A stretch of DNA of 64,000 nucleotides from Octopus sinensis (Eukaryota): positions 11,718,001 through 11,782,000 of the forward strand of contig NC_043001.1 of the NCBI RefSeq assembly GCF_006345805.1. Reading direction: 5' to 3'. Below, one piece after another: positions 12,277 through 23,941 of this stretch; the first letter of the stretch is position 1, and each line of letters opens with the position of its first letter. The translations under genes were made by a program, and so were the position numbers. The notes under the pieces were generated by a model that was given only the letters and a program-made list of their open reading frames with translations, was not told where the DNA came from and did not search any database.

Positions 12277-12856
12277 TTATGTATATATATGTGTATGTGT
12301 ATATATATATGTGTGTGTGTGTATATATTACATACACTGCAGGTCACATGCTTTCTATTTTTTTTACTTGTTACTCTCCTTTCTGTCAGTTTTCCTACAT
12401 CTCATATCCTTCTATTCCCCTTTTACTCTCTCTTTCTCTCTCATTCTCTCTCTTTGAAATTTTATACAAACTCACTCATAAATACACATGTTTGTACATG
12501 TACATTTACGTTTCTCTCAAAGAAAAATACAGGAAACATAAAAATTATTTGCCCTCACGAAATAACTCCGAGAGACATCAAAGGAGGCTCGTTTAGTAAT
12601 CTTCAGCGAGATATCGTAACATGGGAGTGCAGTTCGACAATGTAAGTTCATTAGAAACTTCCAGCAATTTAGTATTGAATATTAATATTTATACATCGAC
12701 CGACTATCATTGAGGCTATATATGTATACACATACACACACACACAAACAGACACAAACATATAGTTACATATACATATATATAGAAGTATACTCATATA
12801 TATATATATATATATGCATATATATATATATATATCTATATATATATATATATATA

Positions 12857-12904
<48 letters not shown>

Positions 12905-12987
12905 ACATATATATGCATATATATATATATATATGCATATATATATATGCATAATATATGCATATATATATATATTTATATATATGC

Positions 12988-13020
<33 letters not shown>

Positions 13021-13358
13021 ATATATATGTATATATCCATATATATAGCTTTTTCTTTACCTGTCTATATAGTTATTCTATCGATCAAGGAATTAAGCAA
13101 TCAAGCAAGCAAGTAATCTACCAATCTATCTAGCTATCTGTATAACTATGTGTTTATGTATGTATATATCTATTTATCTCTCTATATGTGTAGCTATCTG
13201 TCTATCTATTTATGCATACAAGAGACACACACATGTATATGTATAACTATACATATATATATATATATTATATATATATATATATAATATATATATGTAT
13301 TTATGTATGTATATATATATGTGTGTGTGTGTATGTATATATGTCGGTGTATGTATAT

Positions 13359-13402
<44 letters not shown>

Positions 13403-13410
13403 TCCATACA
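12190..13410. repeat. Cluster of (TA)n/(TG)n/(TCTA)n microsatellites
   Basis: Visible tracts at about 12190-12330, 12720-13050 and 13230-13410, separated by short unique sequence. Confidence 0.9.
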
Positions 13411-13414
13411 AACA

Positions 13415-13487
13415 TATTCGTAGATTCGAACCCGCGATCCCTCGACCACGAGTCCGCTGCTGTAACCACTAGGTCATGTGCCTCCAC
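13415..13487 (-). mobile_element. SINE family C-related tRNA-like head only
   Basis: Reverse complement GTGGAGGCACATGACCTAGTGGTTACAGCAGCGGACTCGTGGTCGAGGGATCGCGGGTTCGAATC. Confidence 0.8.
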
Positions 13488-13948
13488 TGTATTACATTTA
13501 CCTGCCGAATTTGTTGATTTCCTTTGATTTTTCGGTCAATCGTCTTAATGTTTGAACATTCTGATCATATCTTCCGCAATTTCTGTTCCACGAAAAAATC
13601 TATAGATACATACATGTATGCTTCTCTTATAAGAAATATAAACTGAAAACCTTTGAACCTAAATGAAAGTTTCGAAGGATCGAATTGGTCACATCGCTTT
13701 CCAATCAAATGGAAGATAAATCGTTACAACAGCATGCAGTTTAAAGGAAAAAAGTTTCTTCGGAAATACTGAACTTTCAATATTGACTTTCAAATTTTCC
13801 AAAACGAACTTAATATATATTTATCAAATAGTTCTTCTATGAATGCTATGATGATTTAATGATGAAACTTTATGTACATTATAAGGAATTTCGACTTTTA
13901 CATTACATAAATCCTTGTATGCTATATATATATATATATATATATATA

Positions 13949-14004
<56 letters not shown>

Positions 14005-14005
<1 letters not shown>

Positions 14006-14485
14006 AGGTTATGAGAGGTAGTGGTGTCATTGAGACCCAAAGGTGTCAGGTAATGGTTAATAAGTGCTATAGATTGATAGTAGTTAAGTTCCAGGTCCGG
14101 TGATTATAGGAATAAGGGGTTCAAAGTTCGTAATATATCAGTGTGTATATATATATTTTTTCCGTAATGAGATAAAAAAACAGGGCTGTGTAGATTTTAG
14201 AAGATTTATAGATAGAAGGTATTACAACTGTTTCCAGGATATCTATTATATCCCTTCAGTGGAGACGGTGTGAGAGGATGGTTAAGAAATAGTTAATTTA
14301 GATAAGATAGAAAATAGAGAGACGAAATAGATAAAAAAATATTGTCGAAATAGATATAAAATAGAGGAGGAAATAAAAGAAAATAGATGTGAGATATATA
14401 GAGATATTGCATTTGTGGATCCATTTCTTTTAGGCAGAATGGTATATATATAAGATTCCAATACCTTATGAGTAATATCCAATAG
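14005..14485 (-). mobile_element. PLE 3' end/pseudo-LTR relic in (TA)n with degenerate HHR at 14219-14262
   Basis: Minus strand: VLESYIYTILPKRNG (GIY-YIG C-terminus-like), then CTGAAG-GGATAT/ATATCC hairpin-GAAACAGTTGTA; (TA)n on both sides; no stem I pairing found. Confidence 0.5.
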
Positions 14486-14846
14486 TATATATATATATAT
14501 ATATATATATACATACATACACAAACATACACGCACGCAGACACGCACACACGCACACACACACACACACACATATAGCTTATATATATATATGTATGTA
14601 TATACATGTGTGAATGTGTGTGTGTCCGTGTGCGTATGTGTGTGTAAACACGCACAGAGGAATAGGGATTTTAAAATCCATTTGAACATGTTTAAGTGCT
14701 CCGTAGTATTCCAACGGGGTTAACTATATCGGCCATGGAAAATCGTTTCGATTCATATAGATCATACAGTAACATTTGTTACTCCAGTTTGATTACGGAA
14801 TTAAAAGTTTATTACAGAATATTCTGTACCACATCACAGAGTAACT

Positions 14847-15448
14847 TATTTCTTTATTACCCACAAGGGGCTAAACATACAGGGGACAAACAAGGACAGG
14901 CAAACGGATTAAGTCGATTATATCGACCCCAGTGCGTATCTGGTACTTAATTTATCGACCCCGCAAGGATGAAAGGCAAAGTCGACCTCGGTGGAATTTG
15001 AACTCAGAACGTAGCGGCGGACGAAATAGCTATTTCTTTACTACCCACAAGGGGCTAGAGACAGAGGGGATAAACAAGGACAGACAAACAGATTAAGTCG
15101 ATTAGATCGACCCCAGTGCGTATCTGGTACTTAATTTATCGACCCCGAAAGGATGAAAGGCAAAGTCGACCTCGGTGGAATTTGAACTCAGAACGTAGCG
15201 GCGGACGAAATAGCTATTTCTTTACTACCCACAAGGGGCTAAACACAGAGGGGATAAACAAGGACAGACAAACGGATTAAGTAGATTATGTTGACCACAG
15301 TGCGTAACTGGTACTTAATTTATCGACCCCGAAAGGATGAAAGGCAAAGTCGAAATCGGCGGAATTTGAACTCGGAACGTAGCGGCAGACGAAATACGGC
15401 TACGCATTTCGCCCGGCGTGCTAACGATTCTGCCTCCTCACTGCCTTA
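14847..15448 (-). mobile_element. SINE family B, head-to-tail array (three units)
   Basis: One head near 15400-15448; two internal junctions reading GTAGTAAAGAAATAGCTATTTCGTCC on the minus strand. Confidence 0.9.
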
Positions 15449-16084
15449 CAAAGCACAAAGAGGAATAGAGGTTTATACATTTTACATAATGGTTTATACA
15501 TTTTAACTTGTTCACGGGCGTTTTAGATAAACCTATGCTGCTTAATACGATGATGCGTTAGTTCTGCCCATTAATTGATCCATATATAATCAACAATAGC
15601 GTTACACAGATTAAGAAATCAATAGCATATCTTTATAGTAATTACACTGTCAAGAATATGGTATTTATTGCACCGCTCTAAATTTGACCAGCGGCAGCCA
15701 AGTGGATTTTATAGAGGAAAAATAAAGTTGGGGTACTATCGAAATCATATATGGTAGAATTGCTGTCGTGTTCAATTATTACTGACCACGATGGAACAGA
15801 TGAAGTTCATGTATTCTAAGCTATGTCAAAAGTTTATCATTGTTGTTGTGAATCAAATTGTTGATTACTTGTTGTGTGGACGCCCCCAGACGATGAAGTA
15901 GACTAGCCCAATACCTAGAAATAGGGGGAGAAGTCTAGACATTGAGAAGAGTAGAAGAGCCGAGTCGAGCTGGGTAGAAGGGATCCGAACGTGCGACATA
16001 CCATTATTAATGACTGGGGTAATGGGTATTTCTTTGGAAAACAGTTCATTTTGTTAAAATTACAAGGAGAAAGATAATTGGTAC

Positions 16085-16308
16085 TATTTCTTTACTACCC
16101 ACAAGGGGCTAAACATAGAGGGGACAAACAAGGACAGACATAGGTATTTAGTCGATTACATCGACCCCAGTGCGTAACTGGTACTTAATTTATCGACCCC
16201 GAAAGGGTGAAAGGCAAAGTCGACCTCGGTGGAATTTGAACTAACAACGTAACGGCAGCCGAAATACCGCTAAGCATTTCGCCCGACGTGCTAACGTTTC
16301 TGCCAGCT
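16085..16308 (-). mobile_element. SINE family B, single copy
   Basis: Same head, body and tail as 6621-6850 in reverse orientation. Confidence 0.9.
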
Positions 16309-17548
16309 AAATATACAATACCGTAATCTGTTGAGGAAATGATATACTTAAAATTTTAGTAAAGATAATAATAACAGTATTGCAGCACTTATAATAAATC
16401 TCGGAGAAAAGAAATCAAATTAAGATAAATGTAATTAAAAATAGAAAGAAAAAAGTAAAATATAAAACACAAAACACAACATAAAACAAAAAAAAAGACT
16501 GATTCTTTAAATAAGTTAAACGATGATTAGTTAGTTAGGTACATATTTAACCTATTGACTAATAATAAAGATGTGGGATTGAACCAGTGCGTCTGTCATT
16601 GATATTGGCGTCTTGAATCTCTCTAGACACAAAAAAGTAAATATCAATGGAAAATACGTTAATGACGAAAACAAAAAAGTCATGAATAAGAAATGAGTCA
16701 CATCGTGTTCAATTAATGGGTGTAAATGAAACAGCTAGAGAATTAAAAGTAATTAGGAATACTAATTAGGAGTAGACATCATAATAACAAATGGTTCATT
16801 ATAAGACGATGGTTATTTGTGATATAAACTTTGCCTAAAGGAAGTTTTCCATATGTTACAGTCAAAAATGGAGACTAGTATTAGAATGCCTTAGAAGATC
16901 GCTTACATAAATGTTGATATATTTTATTTTACATGAAATCATTGGCTGCCTTGTAACTCTTGAAATAATGTATTATTAGTAGTAGTTTCGGTTGTATTTC
17001 GAAATTTTAAAGACACGCCAGGAGCAAAAATTTTGCAACAATGAAATACAGATTCATATCAAAACTATTTATTTTCTTTATCTTGTCGTCTGCATCCCAG
17101 TTTTTAACCCAAAGCAATCCTCAACAAAAGCAAAGTTTTCTAATTGAAAATTGAACAAATTTTGAATGGTTTACAGTTCCCTGTCTCCCAATCTTGTAAA
17201 ATGCTTCTCTTCCACTAACATAGCTGAAATTTAGTTCTATTAAGAGCTAACCAGGTAGTGGCACACTTCTTTTCATGGGTTCATGTTACTACCTGATCCA
17301 AGAACCATGTGCTAAACGTCTTGCCTGCTGTCAGCTGAATAAGGACTACGCTTCGAAGAAACCACATCTTCCTAGAACTGGCAACAAAATCAACATTACG
17401 ATGACACAGTTTCATTATTTGGGAAAACTTTTATAGCCGCCATTTCTACAATATATTTGTTTACAAAAATCTCTTCACAGCAGCAATCTATAAAAGCTAC
17501 AATGTTTTGACAGCTCTTTTTCTCCCCCGTCTCTCTGTTTATAAGTGT

Positions 17549-17596
<48 letters not shown>

Positions 17597-18435
17597 TATA
17601 TATAAATACAAGCTTGTGTATGCCTGTTTGTGTCTGTGTTTCTCTCTCTCTCCGCTGTGTATGAACAAACCTCAATGTCTAAATGTAGGTTTACTATTAG
17701 TGCTTAGTATTTCACTGTTGTTGCTCACTGTTTTATCTTTTTAATGCCACAAAACAAACCATCTATTTTGATTATGAGTATTTCAACTGATACACCCCTG
17801 TTTTTCCAATTACAAGGCTGCTGCTTTGTTTGCGCTTTGTTTTATTTCGACAGGCGAAAGAATAACGTTTACTTTAAAATACAAACAAACCGGATAACAT
17901 TATCATTTTCCCTCTTCTGATATCTAGCATGCGCACACATACAGACACACATACATACACGGAACAAAACTGGTTTTGTGCTTTATGTTAAATATTTATT
18001 TCTCCATTTATATTCATAAAAATACTGAGCTGTTCTGATTTCTGGATATATCTGAAACTCTCTTTATCTGCTGTCAAAACCATTCGGTACTTACAAAAAA
18101 ATTATAGCAATCCGCTTAGGGTGTTTAATTTAAATCTTAATATCTTATAAAACGGATGACGGCAAAATGGCCGAATTGACAGCACACCAGACTATTTAGC
18201 AGTATTTCTTCAGGATCTGTAAGTTCTGAGCTCACATTCCGCCGAAGATGGCTTATGGCCGTTCAGATGATGGAGCCAATGTAATCAAATTGTCCCACAC
18301 TTTTTGAATTTGATGGCCTTGTGCAGAAATTAGAAAGAATAATATATATGCTGCAAATAATTTCAATAAAATAAATATGTTTTTGAACATACTAAACTGA
18401 AGACCGAGAAAGCAACACAAATGCTACACATATTC

Positions 18436-19125
18436 TCTTTTACTTCTTTCAGTCATTTGACTGCGGCCATGCCGGAGTAGCACCTTTAGTCGAGCAAATC
18501 GACCCCCAAGACTTATTGTTTGTAAGCCTAGTAATCATTTTTCCTGTCTCTTTTATCGAACTGCTAAGTAAACGCATCAGCGTCGGTTGTCAAGCGATGT
18601 TGGGGGAGGGGGACAAACACAGACACACAAACACGGACAGACACATACACAAACACACACTCACACACACATACAACCCCCCATATATATATATGTTCTT
18701 AAAATTTAAATCCACATCTTTGTCTATATATCTACCTTCTATATAAGGTTATCACTTGATATGAAAATTATGTATTAATGGCAAACTTCTATTGATGGCT
18801 GATGAGTGCTCAGCATTTTAAAACTGTTGTAATGCTTACAACATTTAATAAAATGATGTAGTGCGAAACGATCGTACCAAATTATCAAAGTTATTCTTGT
18901 TGCTTATTCTGATTATATATATATATATTTATATATATATATATATATATAATATATATATATATACGACATGCTTCTTTCAGTTTCCATCTAACAAATC
19001 CCCCTCACAAGGATTTGGTCGGCCTGAGGGTATTGTAGAAAACACTTGCCCAAGATGCTACCCAGTGGGATTGAACCCGGAATCTTGTGGTTGGTAAGCA
19101 AGCTACTTACCACACAACCACGGCT
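18436..19125 (-). mobile_element. SINE family A split by an HHR-bearing insertion in its internal microsatellite
   Basis: 3' half at 18436-18660, 5' half at 18963-19125; unrelated sequence at about 18700-18915 between (TA)n tracts. Confidence 0.82.
18796..18879 (+). ncRNA. Type I hammerhead ribozyme, canonical core, long stem II
   Basis: TGG (stem I) - CTGATGA (18799-18805) - about 59-nt hairpin - GAA - ACGATCGT (perfect palindrome, stem III) - A - CCA; predicted GUA cleavage after 18876. Confidence 0.75.
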
Positions 19126-19597
19126 ATGAAAATCATCGAAACATACACTCCTTTACGCACACAGAAGCATACACATACATTGTAATGCATATAAATAATA
19201 TATTTTACCCAGAGGAAATATTATCTGATAGAGAACTCCATATGTGGAGCATAATGCATGGGTAATTGCTTTGTATCAAGAATTGAGAGTCTACCCTGAG
19301 TTTCGCCCCGAATGGGTTTTTCACGGCTCTTAGGAAAATGACAGTTGTGAACACCTCGGCCTAGTGTGAATCTCAAAGCAAACTATTAAATTTTGATGTA
19401 AGACATATAGATACACACAGATACACACGTACACACAAATCCATACAAATGCACAAACACACACGCAGATATATATATATATATATGTATGGAAAAAAAA
19501 TTAATCTTCGGATTTTTTAGAAATATGCTAAGCCACTGGTTTTAATTGATTAATATCAATTTCTACCTTTATTTAATTTTATACACACACACACACA

Positions 19598-19649
<52 letters not shown>

Positions 19650-19650
<1 letters not shown>

Positions 19651-20011
19651 TCAAACATATAAGAGATGGTCATAATAGGACATCTGACTCACTAGAAAGA
19701 GCAGCTAAACTTCAAACCACTAATAGTTGTAATTCTGAAATGGAAAGAGAAAATAAATTTATTTACAAAAGATTGCCGAAACTATGCATAGTCCAGAAAG
19801 AATAGGGTAAACGTTTTTATTTCTCTTCCCATTTCAGAATTACAACTATTAGTGGTTTGGAGTTTAACTGCTCTTTCTAGTGAGTCAGATGTCCTATTAT
19901 GGCCATCTTTTATATGTTTGAAGGTATATTACATAGTCTATTGACTATTTTTTCTTTCTCACTTGACCGCTGGTAGAGGAGAATTTTTCAAGAATTTTTT
20001 TGCTACCCTAA
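19650..20011. mobile_element. Palindromic MITE-like element
   Basis: Arms 19650-19757 and 19816-19922 are near-perfect reverse complements; the right arm continues to TACCCTAA and is homologous to single arms at 35785-35965 and 40345-40530. Confidence 0.75.
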
Positions 20012-20329
20012 AATGTATTAATATATATATATATATACACACATACATCACGAGTCTTGTCCACCATCAGTATAGCTAAAGATGTGTGCGAAAGGTGTTA
20101 CAGCATATGACAAAGAGTTAAGTGGTTGTGAAGTCAATTTTCTAAATTCTCAGCGCCTCGTCTAATGCTGAAGTTGCTTAAAGTTTCGTGTCAGTGTGAA
20201 ATTCTTTTCTAACAGCAGTCACAAAAACTGGAGATAAGATATCTCTGCTGGAATCTATTACAGGAAAACGTTTCACACGAAACGTCGATATGCGCTTAAC
20301 AAAGAAACTGCGGGCAACGGCAACACAAG

Positions 20330-20720
20330 GTGAAAGACAGCGAAACCCCCATTTCCAAAAGAGTAGAGCAGATGGTAGAAGGGTTCATGTTTTATAAAAT
20401 ATCGTTTACTGATTCGTAAATACATGGTTGAAGAAAGGGAGAAAGAGTAGCAGTAACATGTCACGGATTAATACCAGGACAATTCTTATGATGTTTCTTG
20501 TTAGAGGATCCTGAACATATTAGCTATGAATAAGGTGGCTTTGGCAATAACAATACGTGGAATCCATTATGAATAAATGGCAAGGCATTCCGCTGATACA
20601 AGGAGATAATTACAAAATTAATCCCTTGCCTCTTAGAAGAGGAATATCCCACGAGGATTCGCTTTCTCTTATTAATTTTCTGCTTGCTGTCAACAAGTTT
20701 AATAGCTTCGAAGAGAGGAA
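20330..20720 (+). mobile_element. R4/Dong-like (RLE-type) LINE RT relic
   Basis: Degenerate peptides KG....KYRLLI.K, YVESIMNKWQG and RRGISHEDSLSLINFLLAVN (compare RGIFQGDSLSPLLF.LALN). Confidence 0.55.
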
Positions 20721-20999
20721 TATTAAGTAAGAACCCTAATGTCAGGAGAGATAACGAAGTAGGAAGATGAGAATTTATCCAAACAAAGACTTAGAAATAT
20801 AAAGAGAAAATTATAAAAGAAAATCAATCTCTATTCGAAGGAAGTATTTCAAGAGCCCTCTGCTCTCATCTCACTCCTTTACGCAAGATATTAAACAAGA
20901 TTGTTCTGGAAAGACTGCGCGGCAGATAATTCGCAGAAATTTTTCCACAGGCAGTACATCGTTTAATAGAGACATTGATATGAGATTCCAGGTATTAAA

Positions 21000-22486
21000 A
21001 TGCATCAATGCAAATTCGAAAAAAAGTAAAATTAATTAAGAACATTAATGATATGTTAGATAAAGAATTAAAGATAAAAGTATTACGACAAACACTGAAT
21101 TATAATTAATTTAGAATCAATGGATGTGTCATTGTGCAATACAAATTAAAGGAAATGATATTAGGAAATATAATGGACGTATTTGATATATATTTAAAAC
21201 AAATATAAATACAGAAAAGGGAATATAATAGAGATCAACGTTGTAACAGCGAAAGTAATAAATTATATTTACAATACTCTCCAATGAAAAAGAAATAAAT
21301 TATCAAACCCAGACAGTAAAAACTTACAAAACGATGATTGTATTCTTAACAGCCCAAAATTTGACTGAGAAACCTATTTGCTACTTTTGAAGTAGAGTCG
21401 GTAGTTTGAACAACCAGAAAGCTATTACATAGGAAAGTAAAAATAAAAACAGTTTAGGATTACGAATAGATCTACTGAAGAACGATCGAAATATAATGGA
21501 AATAACAAATAGCTACAGGAAGCAAAAAACAAAAATTGTCTTTTGTTTCCAATGAAGCAAACGCATATAAAACAAACTAACAAATATAAAATGAAGGTGA
21601 AAGTTTCGAGGAGAAGTTATAGATGACAGAAATTGTGATAAAGCTATTAACTATGATGAAATGAAACCTACAGACCAAAAAGATAGCAAGAAAAGTTTTA
21701 AGTGGCCAATATATAAAGAGATTGAGCAGGAGAAGCAATGCGTGGGAAATGATAAAATCAAAGGCAAAATAACAATCCAACAATGTCTAAGTAGTGTAGA
21801 ACTCAATACGGAAACCGAAGATTTTAATTTATTATTTTTCTTTTCGTAGCGGCACATTCAGAAAGCCTTCTCCGTATAGATCCAGAGGAAACATTAAATT
21901 GAAGCAGACTACATTAACTAATTATATACTATTCAGAAATTACAGATTGTGTGGAGTTTGGAAATGAATAATTAACCGCCTGTGGTTAATCTACCTGCGC
22001 ACAGAGAGAATAAACCTATTAGAAAGTGAGAGATGGCGATATCATACCTGGAAAATTATGCTTACTCTATGGAATACCGACGGAAACGAATAGTGCTTAC
22101 TGGTAGCAGAAAGGTTCTCTGAGAATAATAAATTGAATATAGACTGGAATATACACAGGGGCTAAACACAGAAGGGACAAACAAGGACAGACAAACGGAT
22201 TAAGACGATTATATCGACCCCAGTGCGTATCTGGTACTTAATTTATCGACCCCGAAAGGGTGAAAGGCAAAGTCGGCCTCGGTGGAATTTGAACTCAGAA
22301 CGTAGCGGCGGACGAAATACATATTTCTTTACTACCCACGCATTTCGCCCGGCGTGCTAACGTTTCTTCCAGCTCGCCGCCTTATATACTGGAATATATC
22401 AGTCTATACAGCCCAAAACCGCAGTGGGAGGGGGAGATGGAAAAGGAGAGAAAGACAGAAACAAATTAAGTGAGAGAAAGATAAAA

Positions 22487-22524
<38 letters not shown>

Positions 22525-22780
22525 CGAGCTTAATCGAACAGTAACTGTTGTCAAAAACAGCGAAGAGATATCCTCTAAATTGAAGTATAAAACCGGATAC
22601 ACGATAATTTATAATCAAATCAAATCAACAATTCTGACAAAATATAAAGATCTCCAAATAAATAACCAGAAAGTGGAGATGAACATCAGAATAATTCACA
22701 TAACAATGGGTATGTTAGTACTCATTAAAACACGATCGGATCAATAGAAATACAATAAGCATTAATTTACACAATCTGTT
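21000..22780 (+). mobile_element. Possible very old APE-type LINE relic
   Basis: A-rich coding-like strand bias with a faint APE N-terminal pattern near 21970-22060; no conclusive motif. Confidence 0.25.
22154..22385 (-). mobile_element. SINE family B with a collapsed tandem junction and 11-bp TSD
   Basis: TSD ACTGGAATATA at 22143-22153 and 22388-22398; head fused to a tail remnant GTGGGTAGTAAAGAAATAT before the body. Confidence 0.85.
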
Positions 22781-23112
22781 GTGTCTCGTCATCACTGTAT
22801 ATGCCACTTTATAACGTGGACTTATAACAAGATTATAACAATACAAATATAAACCAGAAACAACATCCAACAAGCAATATCACTTCTCAACGACAGTCTT
22901 CACAAAGCGTCTGCGCGCACCACACTGCATTTCTTTATTGGATACACAGGACCGAACATAGAGGGGATAAATAAAGAGAAGCAAAGCAGAAAAGTGGGGA
23001 AAGTAAAATGGAATGAAGGGAAAGGTAATGATAAGAGAAGAGGTGGGACGGCATCAACACGAAATTCCACACTCCAAATAATGCATTCAACACTTTTAGA
23101 GACTTTAAACAG

Positions 23113-23941
23113 TTATTCTCGTCTCTGTTTCCTCACCTGGATCTTCATCGTTCGGCTTCTCTTGCTGTTCTTTTGGTCCATCCTGCTTTTTTCTTTTTCA
23201 TGTGCTTCAGGTTGAAGGGCCTGGGGGTACGTTTTCCTTATCATCCCCTTCAGTCCGCACTCGAAACATCTTGGGATTCCGCCCTGCACCGAGACTCTCA
23301 GTTTCGTCGCATCAAGCAGAAATATAAATTCTGGAATTTCCTCAAGTTCCGCTAGTGTGGCTTGAATTGTCTCCCGAACACTCCCTCCACATAAGTTCTG
23401 CTCTTTTTCCTCCTCGAAATCCAGCAGTGTCACCCCGTCCTTGATATTGGAGCAAGCGGCTGCCAGAAGCCACGCTGTTCTAATTTCAGGTGGATAACCT
23501 TCTATTTCGATTTTCGCGGTTCTTTTGGCGGGGTGTGACGTTAAAAGAGCCAACTTTTTTCGTCTTCAGCGGGATCACGCAATCATCCTTAGCGTCGTAT
23601 TCTGACATGAATTGTATCTCCACGGTACCGAATTCCTTTCCACTTCTCATGAATGCTATCTTGAAGAAAATAGGCTTTAGAGTCTTTTCAATTTCTTCGG
23701 TAGACGCTATCTCTATTTTCTTTGTTTTAAGAGACAGCGTTCTATAAATTATCGTTCTTCTAGATGGCTCCATAGCATCCCTGTGGGGAGTTAATCTTAC
23801 GTTTGCTCCCTCTCCCCGCAGAATAGGCTGAAATGTTTTCCACGGCCTCTCGCCTGAATTTGTATCTTCTTTGATCTTTAACGACAGCTGCTGAATAACC
23901 TTCCGCACTTTCTTTCGAGTCGCATTCGTACTCCGGGACAA
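23113..23941 (-). mobile_element. Non-LTR retrotransposon ORF1/gag-like fragment (RRM-like region plus degenerate zinc knuckle), one frameshift
   Basis: ORFs 23486..23941 and 23113..23553 overlap; they contain FGTVEIQF (RNP-like) and RCFECGLKGMIRKTYP, a decayed CX2CX4HX4C. Confidence 0.65.

Noticed and set aside
13501-13599. Minus-strand exon [32 protein letters not shown] with donor AG|GTAAAT
   Set aside because: Isolated; no partner exon or recognisable domain, so chance cannot be excluded.
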